A stretch of 64,000 nt of DNA from Candidatus Heimdallarchaeota archaeon (GCA_019056785.1 DXJV01000100.1:10796-74795), one strand, 5' to 3'; positions 20,686 through 30,638 are shown, numbered from the stretch's first letter. Program-made: numbers and translations. Notes: generated by a model from the sequence alone, not told the origin.

Positions 20686-22551
20686 ATGTTAAAATTTCGA
20701 AATGAGTTTATCATGGCCCCGATAAAAACGGGCTATAGTGATGGCATGGGAAATGTTACTCCCCGCCATTTATCGTTTTATACAAAACGTGCCGAATATT
20801 TAGGCGCGATTATTTTAGAACCACTCTACTTGGACAAACGCTTGCGAGAAATACCCACGCAAATTGGCATTGATTCAGATGAGAAAATTGCTGGTTTAAC
20901 AAAGTTAAATGAGGCAATCCACGAGAAAGGCTGTAGCGTTATTGCGCATCTCAACCATCCGGGAAGAATGGCCAATCCTAAAATTCCCGGGAATATTTAT
21001 TGGTCGTCTGTGGCAAAGGCCTGTGAAAACGGAGGAAAAACGCCCATAGCAATTGACCAAGAAAAAATGGCTATTGTGCGAGAGCAATTCGTTGCTGCGG
21101 CGCGTCGCGCCGAGCAAGCAAAATTTGATGCAATCGAATTGCAATTTGGCCATGGGTATTTGTTGGCACAATTCCTTTCTCCGGCAGTGAATACAAGAAC
21201 AGATGAATATGGCGGGAGTTTTTCCAATCGTATGAAATTCCCCCTCGAAATTCTCTCCGCAGTAAAGGATGCCACCTCTCTGCCGATCATCGCTCGCATC
21301 AGCGGTGATGAAATGATCCTCAATGGTTTGAGCATTACTGATATGATTGCCTTCTCTAAAAAGCTTAAAGAAGCAAGCGTAGAAGCGATTCATGTTTCTG
21401 CTGGAACCATTTGTACGTCTCCGCCTTGGTTTTTCCAACATATGTTTGTTCCTAAAGGGAAAACATGGGCACTTGCTTCTGAATTAAAGCAAAATGTTGC
21501 ACTTCCTATTATCTTTGTAGGGCAAGTAAACACTACCATGGATATTGACTTTTTGTTGCGGGATAAAAAAGCTGATTTTATTGCTATTGGTCGTGCTCTT
21601 GTGGCTGACCCGGATTTCATTGGGAAGTATCTTGGGAAAGTTAAAGGGACAATCATGCCTTGTTTAGCGTGTGTTGAAGGTTGTTTAGGTGGCGTTAAAA
21701 AAGGGAAAGGCCTTCAATGTCTCGTGAATCCCACGGTGGATAAAAACAATCTTGAAGACCCCCTAACACCAGTTATAAAAAAGAAGAAATACGCAGTCAT
21801 AGGGGGCGGTGTGGCTGGTATGGAAGCCGCTTGCATCCTAAAGGAACGAGGACACGATGTTGACCTCTTTGAAAAAAACACCCTAGGTGGGCAGTTTCGC
21901 TATGCCCATTTAACACCAAAGAAGAAATCAATGGAAAAACTCATCCCAGCTTTTATCGAACGCCTTACAACTGACCAAGTCTCAATCATTCACAAAGAAG
22001 CAAACGCAAACGATTTACTCGGCAAATATGATGCTGCAATCATTGCAACGGGTTCACGACCCAAAATCCCAGACATCAAGGGGTTGGAAAAGTATTATTG
22101 GTCAGAAATTATGGAGGAGGACAAGCTCCCTTCAGGCAAGAAAATCATGATTATTGGCGGGGGGCTCATTGGTGTTGACATTGCAACTGCACTCATTCAA
22201 AAAGGCAATCAAGTCATCCTCGTAAAGCGAAGCACAGACTTTGGAACCCACATGGAGATGATTGCTAAAAATCTCTCTCTAAAAATGTTGAAAGAAAAAA
22301 ACACGGTTTTCAGCGACCACACCTTCATTCAAGAAATCAACAGCTCGACAGTTCGCGCAATAAGAGAGGAAAAAGAAATTGTATTTGAGGGGATAGATGC
22401 CTATGTTGTTTCAGTAGGCATGGAAAGCTATCGTCCTTTAGCAAAGGAACTCGAGGGCAAAATGCCAGTCCATATTATTGGCGATGCCAGAGAGGTCGGG
22501 GATGCACAGGCAGCAATTCGCAGCGCTTTTGAGTTAGCTTGTTCTTTATGA
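20686..22551 (+). CDS. NADH:flavin oxidoreductase (old yellow enzyme / 2,4-dienoyl-CoA reductase-like, Fe-S)
   Basis: HLNHPG, GHGYLLAQFLSP..N.RTDEYGG, CLACVEGC..C, two GGGxxG motifs. Confidence 0.92.
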   Translation: MLKFRNEFIMAPIKTGYSDGMGNVTPRHLSFYTKRAEYLGAIILEPLYLDKRLREIPTQIGIDSDEKIAGLTKLNEAIHEKGCSVIAHLNHPGRMANPKIPGNIYWSSVAKACENGGKTPIAIDQEKMAIVREQFVAAARRAEQAKFDAIELQFGHGYLLAQFLSPAVNTRTDEYGGSFSNRMKFPLEILSAVKDATSLPIIARISGDEMILNGLSITDMIAFSKKLKEASVEAIHVSAGTICTSPPWFFQHMFVPKGKTWALASELKQNVALPIIFVGQVNTTMDIDFLLRDKKADFIAIGRALVADPDFIGKYLGKVKGTIMPCLACVEGCLGGVKKGKGLQCLVNPTVDKNNLEDPLTPVIKKKKYAVIGGGVAGMEAACILKERGHDVDLFEKNTLGGQFRYAHLTPKKKSMEKLIPAFIERLTTDQVSIIHKEANANDLLGKYDAAIIATGSRPKIPDIKGLEKYYWSEIMEEDKLPSGKKIMIIGGGLIGVDIATALIQKGNQVILVKRSTDFGTHMEMIAKNLSLKMLKEKNTVFSDHTFIQEINSSTVRAIREEKEIVFEGIDAYVVSVGMESYRPLAKELEGKMPVHIIGDAREVGDAQAAIRSAFELACSL

Positions 22552-22696
22552 AAGCTTACTCTTCCTTCTCTTTTTTTCCATGCAAACTGCTCACAATATC
22601 ACAACTTATCTTAAAGGAAAAAGATAATTTTTGATGACAACAAAGGCTATTAATAGTGAATAGTGCTGTTTGGTGCTATTAATGAAGTGACCGCTT

Positions 22697-23992
22697 ATGC
22701 CTGAAACACTGCGTTCTTCAACAACTAGACGTCAAGCACTCTTTTGGCTTGACCCCTATCTTTTCGAATTTAGAACGAGAATTAAAGCGCTCCCAGCAAA
22801 AAACGAAGTTCTTCTCGAACAAACAGCTTTTTATCCTGGCGGCGGGGGCCAACCTGCAGACTCTGGAGTGTTGCTCTTACAAAGTAATCCTCGAGTTTCT
22901 TTTCGTGTCGTTGCCGTTGAAAAAAAGGGCGATGAAATCAGCCATACTCTTAAGGGGAAAGCGTCTTCTTTACAGCACCTTTCTGTCGGTATAGAAGTTA
23001 TCGGGCGCATTGATAAGAAGCGGCGGTTAAACCTCATGGCTGCACACACTTCACAGCATATTCTTTCAGCTATGATTAAGAAAATCGCTGGTATTGAAAC
23101 CGAGAAAGTCCATATTGATGAGTCTATTGTAACAGTTTTTCTCCAAGAATCGCTTCCTAAAGAGGTTCTTCGAAAAGCCGTAACAGAAACCAATGCCTTT
23201 CTTCTTTCCGGTAAAAAAGTACAAACGCATTTCTATTCTAAAAATGCTCTCCCCAAAACCGTAGCACAATCATTGCGTGGTAATTTGACCAAAATCCCTC
23301 AACAAACCGTTCGCGTTGTTCTTGTAGAAGGACTTGATGCCTCCCTCTGTGCAGGGACGCATGTAAAAAACACTAAAGAGATTGGTATTCTTGTTTTAAC
23401 AGATTTTCATGGAAAAATCATCCACTACACATTCGGAACACAAGCTTTATCCCTCTTAGCCACTCTAAATGTCGACACTATTTCAATTGCAAAACGCTTG
23501 GCGGCAAAACCAGAAGAAAATGAAAAAAGAATTGCGGCAATTTTAGAAGAATATCAGTTGTTGAAACAACTTAATACTACACTTGCAAAACAACTCGCGA
23601 AATACCAGATCCCCGAGTTGAAGAAAAAGCCTTTTGTTATTGGCCCATTTACTTTACTTGTTGGTAACTTCGAACATCTCGAACGAAAATTTGTGCTGCA
23701 ACAGCTGGGGCCCCTTGAGAAGAATACCATTGTCCTTCTCATTGTCAAAGGCCCACTGTTGGTTCTCTTATCGAACGTTAAAGACCTTGCCGCCAACGAA
23801 TTACTGGCTCTTTATTGTAAGCAAACAAAAGTAAAAGGGGGCGGGTCACAAACCATTGCTCAAGCAGCCATTCCTGAAAGTGAAACTACTACTGCTTTGG
23901 CTCTTGCACAAGAACTTATTTTGAAGGTCCTGAAGGATAATCCCTCTTCTAAAACAGCCGGCGCCGCTTCGGAAAACACACCCCAAGTTTAA
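22697..23992 (+). CDS. alaX: Alanyl-tRNA editing protein AlaX with DHHA1 domain
   Basis: FYPGGGGQPAD, HTSQH, CAGTHV, C-terminal KGGG. Confidence 0.88.
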   Translation: MPETLRSSTTRRQALFWLDPYLFEFRTRIKALPAKNEVLLEQTAFYPGGGGQPADSGVLLLQSNPRVSFRVVAVEKKGDEISHTLKGKASSLQHLSVGIEVIGRIDKKRRLNLMAAHTSQHILSAMIKKIAGIETEKVHIDESIVTVFLQESLPKEVLRKAVTETNAFLLSGKKVQTHFYSKNALPKTVAQSLRGNLTKIPQQTVRVVLVEGLDASLCAGTHVKNTKEIGILVLTDFHGKIIHYTFGTQALSLLATLNVDTISIAKRLAAKPEENEKRIAAILEEYQLLKQLNTTLAKQLAKYQIPELKKKPFVIGPFTLLVGNFEHLERKFVLQQLGPLEKNTIVLLIVKGPLLVLLSNVKDLAANELLALYCKQTKVKGGGSQTIAQAAIPESETTTALALAQELILKVLKDNPSSKTAGAASENTPQV

Positions 23993-24816
23993 AGCCAATC
24001 TTCCTTTATAATTTTCAAGGCGGTAGGATCGAACCCTTTTACCATTTCTTTGATTAATTCTAATGCATCTGGGCTCACATCCATTTCCACCAACTCGAGT
24101 GCTCTTGTACCGATTTTTGGTTCTTTACTTAATTCAATGAGCATCTTAGCAAAATCGACCAGCATCCCGATTTTCATCTGTGCAGCATAGGCCATTCCTT
24201 CCGGCTCGAGGGTCACAAGGCTTTCTAAGAACTGCTGGCAATAAAGAGATGGTTTCCCGTTCAGTATTTTCTTCTTCTCTAAATCCACAATAACTGCTTT
24301 TTTATAATTTGATGCAAGGGTTGGTAAAGTTCCAATGATTTTTTTATCAGTTATCAATTTGTCGGTCCATTCTTCGGTCTGGGGGTAGCGACTCGGAGAG
24401 AATAACTCCAGTGTTCGGACAACACGTTTAACAAAGGTCTTATTAGTCCCTGCAACAATGACGGTTTTGTAGGAGAGTACTGCCTCAATAAGCTGATCGG
24501 CGCCTTTGATCTGTTTCACGAGGAATTTTATATCATCCACTTTTTCAGGGGTCCATTGACCAACTTCCCGCTCCGCCACAAAAGGTGATACGGTTGCTTG
24601 CCGGACAGTGAAATTTCTGTCAAGGATTATATTCATAACCATTTCTTTATTGTCCTTGCAATGATGGATTGTAGACACTTGATAAAGCCCCCCAATATGG
24701 GGCAAAAGCTCCTTCACAGGTATTTGAAATGCATCCACTTTCTTACAAACATCGCACATTGCTTGAACTGTAATGATTGATTTACTGCTGCTCTTCTCTT
24801 TTGATTTTTTACTCAT
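23989..24816 (-). CDS. Hypothetical protein with N-terminal CxxC/HxC module and DENN-like core
   Basis: CDVC...HHC; 'AVLSYKTVIVAGTNKTFVKRVVRTLELFSP', 'KIIGTLP' and 'VIVDLEK' resemble cDENN elements. Confidence 0.6.
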   Translation of the reverse strand: MSKKSKEKSSSKSIITVQAMCDVCKKVDAFQIPVKELLPHIGGLYQVSTIHHCKDNKEMVMNIILDRNFTVRQATVSPFVAEREVGQWTPEKVDDIKFLVKQIKGADQLIEAVLSYKTVIVAGTNKTFVKRVVRTLELFSPSRYPQTEEWTDKLITDKKIIGTLPTLASNYKKAVIVDLEKKKILNGKPSLYCQQFLESLVTLEPEGMAYAAQMKIGMLVDFAKMLIELSKEPKIGTRALELVEMDVSPDALELIKEMVKGFDPTALKIIKEDWL

Positions 24817-25121
24817 ATTATTTGCCCACCGGCTGTTTTGTACATTTAATCATTCCTTTTGGAACAATGACTCTTTCCCATTAAAAAATTAACTTTTATG
24901 GAAAATGACACCAAAAAACATCGAAGAGCTTCCATATCCACCTTACGCTATTGAAGCGATGCTGTTGTGGTGGTTTTCTTTTGGTTTGAGGAAAAATTTA
25001 AATCGGTAGAAGCTGAGTTAACCACATTCCCAACAATACGCCCCGAAATTGGCCTCCAGATGGAACCAAACTTGGGGATGAAAGGAATCCATTCCTACTG
25101 ATAGGAAGCTGGTTTATACCT

Positions 25122-26426
25122 ATGACTGAAGTCGAATATGATGTTATAATTGTTGGTGCTGGTTGTGCAGGACCCGCTGCAGCAAAGAAAGCAGCAGAAT
25201 TAGGACTGAAAACGCTCCTTTTAGAAAAATCCCGAACGCCTGGAGAGAAAAATGTTTCGGGGACATGTCTAAACATGGCGGCGCTTGTTGATCCTGATTT
25301 ACATTATCTTATGAAAGGTCCTGTTGAAAGGGAAATTACCGAAATGCATTCGTATATGATTACGCCAGAGCGAACGACGATGTTTCGTGAAACCCCGAGT
25401 GAAGGGTTGATTCTTTTATCGATTCGCCGCGACCACTTCGATGCCTGGCACACGGAAGAAGCTCGCAAAGCCGGTGCAGAGGTCCGCTTAGCAACGACAG
25501 TAGTGGATATCATTGAAGAGAATGATGCGATAAAGGGCGTCATTACTGATAAAGGCGAGAAACTTCGAGCAAAAGTGATTATTGATGCTGCCGGCGTGAA
25601 TTCCATTGTTGGCCGAAAAGCAGGGCTTATTCCCAAGCGCAAAGGAACGGATATGATTCTCTATGTTACGGTGAATGTTCATCTTGGTGAGAAACTGGTC
25701 ACCGAACGTTTTGGCAACTCCATTTACTATTTCCTTGCCCCACAGACTCAATACAAGACTTGGCCATGGGCATTTCCAAAGAAAGACGTTGTCACTTTCG
25801 GCACAGGTGGCTATCTGGATGACAACCTCTTCAAAGATGGCATAAACTCTGTCAACGACTATATGCAGAACCTTTTGGATCTGCCCGTTATTAAAGAGAA
25901 AATAAAAGGGGGAAAAATTGCCTCTTGGGGCTTGCACCTCGAGTTTGATGAGGCATTGGAGCGGCGAACACGTGATGGATTAATCCTCACCGGTGAAGCA
26001 GGGGGATTTGTGATTCCTTTCTTGGGCGAAGGAATGGTCGAAGCCTTCTTGACAGGCATTTATGCTGCCCAAACCGCAGCTAAAGCCATCGAAGCGAACG
26101 ATGTTTCAGCAGCATTTCTAGAAGAACATTTTATGGAATACTATACAGGCAATGTTTTCTTGCAAAGCTTCCGCTATGTAGCTGACTTTAATAAGAAATC
26201 CATTCTCTCTATGCCTGACGAAGAAATCGCAGCAATGATGCAAAATGTCTGCATTGGTGGTGGCTTTATCAGTAACGCAATTCATTACAACTGGATGAAA
26301 GGCGCAGACGAAGACGATATGAGTTTGGTCCAAGAGGCCAAAGATTTCTATGAATTTATCCAGCCATATCGACAAGTTGGTTCGGAATCAGTAGAAATTT
26401 ATAAAAAAATGAGGGCTGAAAAATGA
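25122..26426 (+). CDS. Geranylgeranyl reductase/FixC-family FAD oxidoreductase
   Basis: DVIIVGAGCAG, PGEKNVSG, RRDHFD, WAFPK, GEAGG..P..GEG. Confidence 0.88.
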   Translation: MTEVEYDVIIVGAGCAGPAAAKKAAELGLKTLLLEKSRTPGEKNVSGTCLNMAALVDPDLHYLMKGPVEREITEMHSYMITPERTTMFRETPSEGLILLSIRRDHFDAWHTEEARKAGAEVRLATTVVDIIEENDAIKGVITDKGEKLRAKVIIDAAGVNSIVGRKAGLIPKRKGTDMILYVTVNVHLGEKLVTERFGNSIYYFLAPQTQYKTWPWAFPKKDVVTFGTGGYLDDNLFKDGINSVNDYMQNLLDLPVIKEKIKGGKIASWGLHLEFDEALERRTRDGLILTGEAGGFVIPFLGEGMVEAFLTGIYAAQTAAKAIEANDVSAAFLEEHFMEYYTGNVFLQSFRYVADFNKKSILSMPDEEIAAMMQNVCIGGGFISNAIHYNWMKGADEDDMSLVQEAKDFYEFIQPYRQVGSESVEIYKKMRAEK

Positions 26427-26683
26427 AGGTCGAAATGAAAGTTGACTATTATCCCGGCGACCCCGGAGAGTTTGTGCGAGTCGATGAAAGCAAATGTACC
26501 GGTTGTGGCGAATGCGCCAAATTCTGTACACGAAATGTATGGGTACAAGATGGCAAGATCTTTCGCCCAAAGAACTTGAAAGCATGTGTCGAATGTGGTG
26601 CTTGCTGGAATGTTTGTGAGTTTGACGCAGTCATTTTTGAAGAACCAAAAGGAGGAACTGGTGTAAGATTTGAATATGGATAG
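26423..26683 (+). CDS. 2x[4Fe-4S] ferredoxin (FixX-like); 3' end probably supplied by the integrated element
   Basis: CTGCGECAKFC, CVECGACWNVC, PKGGTGV; ATGA overlap with the upstream gene. Confidence 0.92.
   Translation: MKVEMKVDYYPGDPGEFVRVDESKCTGCGECAKFCTRNVWVQDGKIFRPKNLKACVECGACWNVCEFDAVIFEEPKGGTGVRFEYG
26597..26683 (+). repeat. Left copy (attL-like) of the 87-bp ferredoxin 3'-end duplication
   Basis: 72/87 nt identical to 29073-29159; first 23 nt (ggtgcttgctggaatgtttgtga) identical. Confidence 0.9.
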
Positions 26684-26699
26684 AGTTTCCTATCCATTT

Positions 26700-27011
26700 C
26701 TATTTTACTAATTCTCCTTTGAATGCTTTGTGAAGAATGGATTGTTTAAGTTCTTTAATATTTTCAGCCGCTTTAGTGGATTTTTCTAATATTTATTTTT
26801 TCTTTTCAAAAATAGTGTCAAAAAATAATACTAAATTTTTTTGTTGGTTTTTATCAATTACATCATCTATTGTAGGCAGAGGTATTTTCATCGACTTTAA
26901 ATTATTCTGAGCTATACCTCCTTGTGTTGAACCATGAAATTTGTTTGCAAATTGATCTTGACCAAGATATGAAAATAAAACGTAAGAAGCATAATGTTTT
27001 GATTTTAACAC
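26700..27011 (-). pseudogene. hsdS: C-terminal remnant of type I restriction specificity subunit
   Basis: GSTQGGIAQNNLKSMKIPLP..QQK, in-frame TAA at 26793-26795, then LKQSILHKAFKGELVK* ending at 26700. Confidence 0.82.
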
Positions 27012-27130
27012 AAAGTAGGAAAGATCTTCCGGTAGACGTACAAGGAATGTTAGTTGAGCATTTTAATATTGATGATCCATATAATGATATTTATACAAAA
27101 GTAAAAAAATTGGTTAAAAGGTATAAGTGA
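26990..27130 (+). pseudogene. 3' remnant of a TIR-like/nucleoside deoxyribosyltransferase-like gene
   Basis: NVLILTQSRKDLPVDVQGMLVEHF..; 5' part missing and abuts the hsdS remnant. Confidence 0.4.
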
Positions 27131-27180
27131 GAAACAGACATTAGATTCCTAGGAGATATTTAACATTATTTTAATTTTCT

Positions 27181-27990
27181 CTAATCTACTTTTATCTTTG
27201 ATGAAATAATCGAATACCTTTTCAATAGAAATAAATCTTATTTGCGGAAAATCATTCTTTTTAAATTTCTCAGTTTCCTTTGGTGCAAAGAAAAATAAAA
27301 TTGTATCATTATTAGATATTGAATCCTGTAAAGATTGTAATTTATTAATTATTGTTTTTTTATTTTCTGCAAAAGTTACTTGAGCACAGATTCTGATATT
27401 TTCTTTATTTAAACCATAAATATCAAAATCTTTCTGCCCCCTTCCAATAGGTTGAAGAAGAAATTCTATTTCTTCTTTGCTTTTTAAAATTCATAACAGA
27501 TAATTTCTAATTGTTCGGGAGAAAGCGATTTAACTTCTAAAGGTAATTCTTTTTCATAATAGAAATATCTCAAAACTTTAGATACTTTTGACCACTCTTT
27601 TATAGTTCCCCTAGGTTGACTGGATTGGAAGATAGGATAATCCATAAAAGAAACTTCTCTAAAACTACTTAATTGCATTGTTTTAAGTTTATATTCATTC
27701 TTTTTCAAACAACCTATTTTTGTACCTTTTGTGATTTTACCTACAAGTATAGCATCTTTTCTTATTCGTCTAAAATCAGCAGCGACTATAGCACCTTCTT
27801 TTGACATTTTGTGCATCAAATCAAATGCAAATTTTACTTCTCTAAAATTTTTTTTATATTTGTTAGGATTTGTGCTACATATATTCTCATAATGAATTGC
27901 TATTTTTTTTTCATCCCATAATTTTTCAAGTAAATCTTTTGGAACTGAGATATTGTGTCTTATAAAAACTATAATTTCCTCTTTGTCCAT
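27181..27990 (-). pseudogene. Frameshifted Mrr-like PD-(D/E)xK restriction endonuclease
   Basis: ..LSPEQLEIICYEF*, then continues in the -1 frame at about 27485 as LKSKEEIEFLLQPIGRGQKDFDIYGLNKENIRICAQVTF..KDKVD* (27181). Confidence 0.7.
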
Positions 27991-27995
27991 AATAT

Positions 27996-28253
27996 CTAAT
28001 CGATTTTTCTACATTTAAAATATTTATCATCAAAAAGTAAAGCGCCTTCCCCACGATCTGTTCTACCAAGAAAAATCTCATAATCGAATTCTACAAGATA
28101 AGGATAATCCATTATTGTTGGAAATTCTTTTTGATATTTAACAATAAAAGATTTCAAAAGTGTTTCATCATCAACGGGTCCTTGAACTCTGCACCAAATT
28201 TCTTTTCTAACATGTTTATCATAAATAGCTAATTGCTTGTTTTTTATCATCAA
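27996..28253 (-). pseudogene. Truncated hypothetical, possibly a PD-(D/E)xK nuclease fragment
   Basis: DYEIFLGRTDRGEGALLFD followed by an early stop; inside the island. Confidence 0.4.
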
Positions 28254-28361
28254 ATCATTTCCTTAAGAAAAAAATTATGATTGATATTAAGCTCTCAATC
28301 CACCACTAAATTTCGCTTCAAAAAGTTTTTTACTTATTTTGAATCCTTAGTTTGAAGGCCA

Positions 28362-28845
28362 TCATGTAATGGCTTGAAATTTGACCGGCTGTTTTTTGAG
28401 CAATAGTCCAGATAACCCAATCAAAACGATCCTTACAAGCAGGATCATACACCGAAAAAGAAGGAAAAGTAAAGATAGGATAAGAGAAAAAAGAGTAATT
28501 TTTGGGTTACGAGTAAAATAAAGACCTATGACTTTACCGGCAGGATAAGGAACAAGAAAAGTATGCTTGTGAGTGGTTACATCTGGCATATCAAACATTA
28601 ATTTAGACATTTCAAAATAAATATCTGTTAAAGGATTATGTATAATAAGCTGTTTTTGATGTAAAGAAGAATTCTTGAAACTATTTCGATAGAATTGTTT
28701 AATGAACTCATGAGTTAATTTTTCTCGACCAATAGTCTTAGCTTCTTCAGTTGAAGAAATAATACTAGTAATTATTTCAGAAACTTGAGCAGTAAAAAAA
28801 AGAGATTGCTGAATCAATAAGTTGAACTAAATCAGAAGATTTCAT
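28362..28845 (-). pseudogene. Hypothetical membrane-anchored protein, frameshifted in a homopolymer
   Basis: ATG at 28845 (MKSSDLVQLIDSAISFF) shifts frame at the A8 run near 28794-28801 into the 151-aa ORF. Confidence 0.45.
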
Positions 28846-29072
28846 AGTAAATACATCCCTATACCAAAAGAATAACCTCAGAGGAAAAAATAATGGTTGC
28901 GAGAGGAAAAAAAGGAACTCTTCTCAGAAAAAGAAAACAGATGAGAAGAGAAGAAGGAAAAAGGATAAAAAGGAGAAAAAAGAACATAAAAACATCAATG
29001 CAACAAAAAGAAAAACGCTTCTCAAATGAGAAGAGAAGGAGAAGATTCCAAATGAAGAAAGAAAACCTGTAC

Positions 29073-29159
29073 GGTGCTTGCTGGAATGTTTGTGAATTTG
29101 ACGCCGTCATTTTCGAAGAACCGAAAGGCCGTACCGGTGTTCGCTTTACTTATGGTTAG
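29073..29159 (+). repeat. Right copy (attR-like); displaced original 3' end of the ferredoxin gene
   Basis: Encodes GACWNVCEFDAVIFEEPKGRTGVRFTYG*, followed directly by the SD and ATG of the SCP2 gene. Confidence 0.9.
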
Positions 29160-29170
29160 GAGGACTTCAA

Positions 29171-29506
29171 ATGGTTACAGATGAAGAGATTGTTTCTGAA
29201 ATGGACAAATTCCGCGCAAAGATGACTGATGAAAAATACGCCCGTCATTTCAAGAATTGGAACAAAACAATGCAATACTTCTTCAATGACACAGGTGACT
29301 ATTGGCACATCGTTGTTACCAATGGACAACCGGGCAAGCCCGCGAAGGGAAAAGTTGACAAACCGGATATTAACTACGAAATGTCTACAACAGACTTTTT
29401 GGATTTGATGCAAGGACGCATTTCGGGTCTCAAACTTTACAACCAGAAACGGTTGAAAATCAAAGCTTCCATGCCGGACATTCTTAAGCTGCAAAAATTA
29501 GCTTGA
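29171..29506 (+). CDS. SCP2 sterol/lipid-binding domain protein
   Basis: WHIVVTNG..KPDINYEMSTTDFLDLMQGRISG.KLY...RLKIKA; SD GGAGG. Confidence 0.85.
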   Translation: MVTDEEIVSEMDKFRAKMTDEKYARHFKNWNKTMQYFFNDTGDYWHIVVTNGQPGKPAKGKVDKPDINYEMSTTDFLDLMQGRISGLKLYNQKRLKIKASMPDILKLQKLA

Positions 29507-29591
29507 ATGTCTCCCCTTTTTTCTTTCTTTTTTTAAACTTTAGCCAACAATTTAAAAAGCTGAAGAATATGTTTCTTTTTAATAACAGGAG

Positions 29592-30560
29592 ATGAATTAT
29601 CCCATGCCAAGGCGGCCTGATGCTGAACTTATCAAAACATCAAAGTTTCGCGAGCTGGAATTTTATGTCATGCCAACTCGAGCAGAGAGCATGATCTTTT
29701 ATTACATGCAGATTGATCTGACACACACGTTAGAATTTCTGGAAGAATACAACAAAAATCGCTGTGAAGAGGATAAGCTTACTCTCTTTCAGCTTCTCCT
29801 AACTGCAGGGGTGCGAACAATTGCTTACCGGCCAAAGGTCAATCGGTTTGTTGCCGGGCGACGGTTATGGCAACGCAATCAAATCCTTTTCTCTTTTGTG
29901 GTCAATAAATCCAAAACAGAAGCTGGTGAAGAAGTTCTTGCTATGATTGAATTTGATCCCTTTGACACTCTCGAGACTGTGCAAAAAAGAGTCAGCGAAA
30001 AAATTCACGAAGCTCGCTATGGTGAAAATAAAAATGAAAAGGACATCAAATTTTATGGCGCCATGCCCCGCTTTTTAATTCGCTTTATTTTCTGGTTCGT
30101 TCGCTGGCTGGATGAACACAATCATCCTCCCTATTTCATAACTCGAGATATGCCTCTTTGGTGTTCTGTGTTCATCGCTCATCTGGGCTCAATAAATATC
30201 GATTCAGTTTATCATCATCTTTACAATCTTGGGACAGCAAGCTTTTTCATCACAATTGGAAAAATCCACAAAGCCACCGTATTAAATCAAGAAACCAATG
30301 ACATTGAGATAAAACAGGTAGTGGACCTTCGGCTTACAATTGATGATCGCATTGCCAATGGCATTTATACCGGACGAACCGTAGATATGCTCAAAAATTT
30401 CATTGAACATCCAGAGCCACTTCTCGAACCACCGGCACTTACTGATGAACAACTAGATGCTTTAAAGTTGAAAAAATACAAAAAAGAACGCCTTGCTCGC
30501 GAAAAGCAACGCCGGAAAGAACTGCGACAAGCAAAACGGCGTAACAGAACAAAACAATAA
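29592..30560 (+). CDS. Stand-alone 2-oxoacid dehydrogenase E2/CAT-like acyltransferase domain protein
   Basis: RPKVNRFVAGRRLWQR, SVFIAHLGS, TIDDRIANG in place of DHRxxDG; no lipoyl domain. Confidence 0.8.
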   Translation: MNYPMPRRPDAELIKTSKFRELEFYVMPTRAESMIFYYMQIDLTHTLEFLEEYNKNRCEEDKLTLFQLLLTAGVRTIAYRPKVNRFVAGRRLWQRNQILFSFVVNKSKTEAGEEVLAMIEFDPFDTLETVQKRVSEKIHEARYGENKNEKDIKFYGAMPRFLIRFIFWFVRWLDEHNHPPYFITRDMPLWCSVFIAHLGSINIDSVYHHLYNLGTASFFITIGKIHKATVLNQETNDIEIKQVVDLRLTIDDRIANGIYTGRTVDMLKNFIEHPEPLLEPPALTDEQLDALKLKKYKKERLAREKQRRKELRQAKRRNRTKQ

Positions 30561-30638
30561 AGAACAAGCTACTTTCTTTCAGAACGATAAATTAAGCTCT
30601 GTGCACCTTAATCTCTGCTTAATTTTTTCTCGGTCGTC

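Larger units (their letters stand above)
26684..29072. mobile_element. Decayed AT-rich integrative defence island inserted in the ferredoxin gene
   Basis: Flanked by the 87-bp direct repeat, abrupt AT enrichment, mostly broken genes; no integrase left. Confidence 0.8.

Noticed and set aside
24817-25121. 300-bp intergenic region with a small hairpin (TTCCTA-CTGA-TAGGAA) as a possible riboswitch
   Set aside because: No recognisable aptamer motif; length is compatible with divergent promoters
26793-26795. Stop-codon recoding (in-frame stops in hsdS and at 27181)
   Set aside because: TAA, TAG and TGA all terminate conserved genes elsewhere in the window; these are nonsense mutations in a decayed island
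27478-27495. Programmed -1 frameshift in the Mrr-like gene
   Set aside because: No properly phased slippery heptamer, and neighbouring genes are also broken, so decay or sequencing error is more likely
28893-29159. 88-aa Lys/Arg-rich ORF ending in a ferredoxin tail
   Set aside because: A purine-rich spacer that reads in frame into the displaced attR fragment; better explained as a by-product of integration
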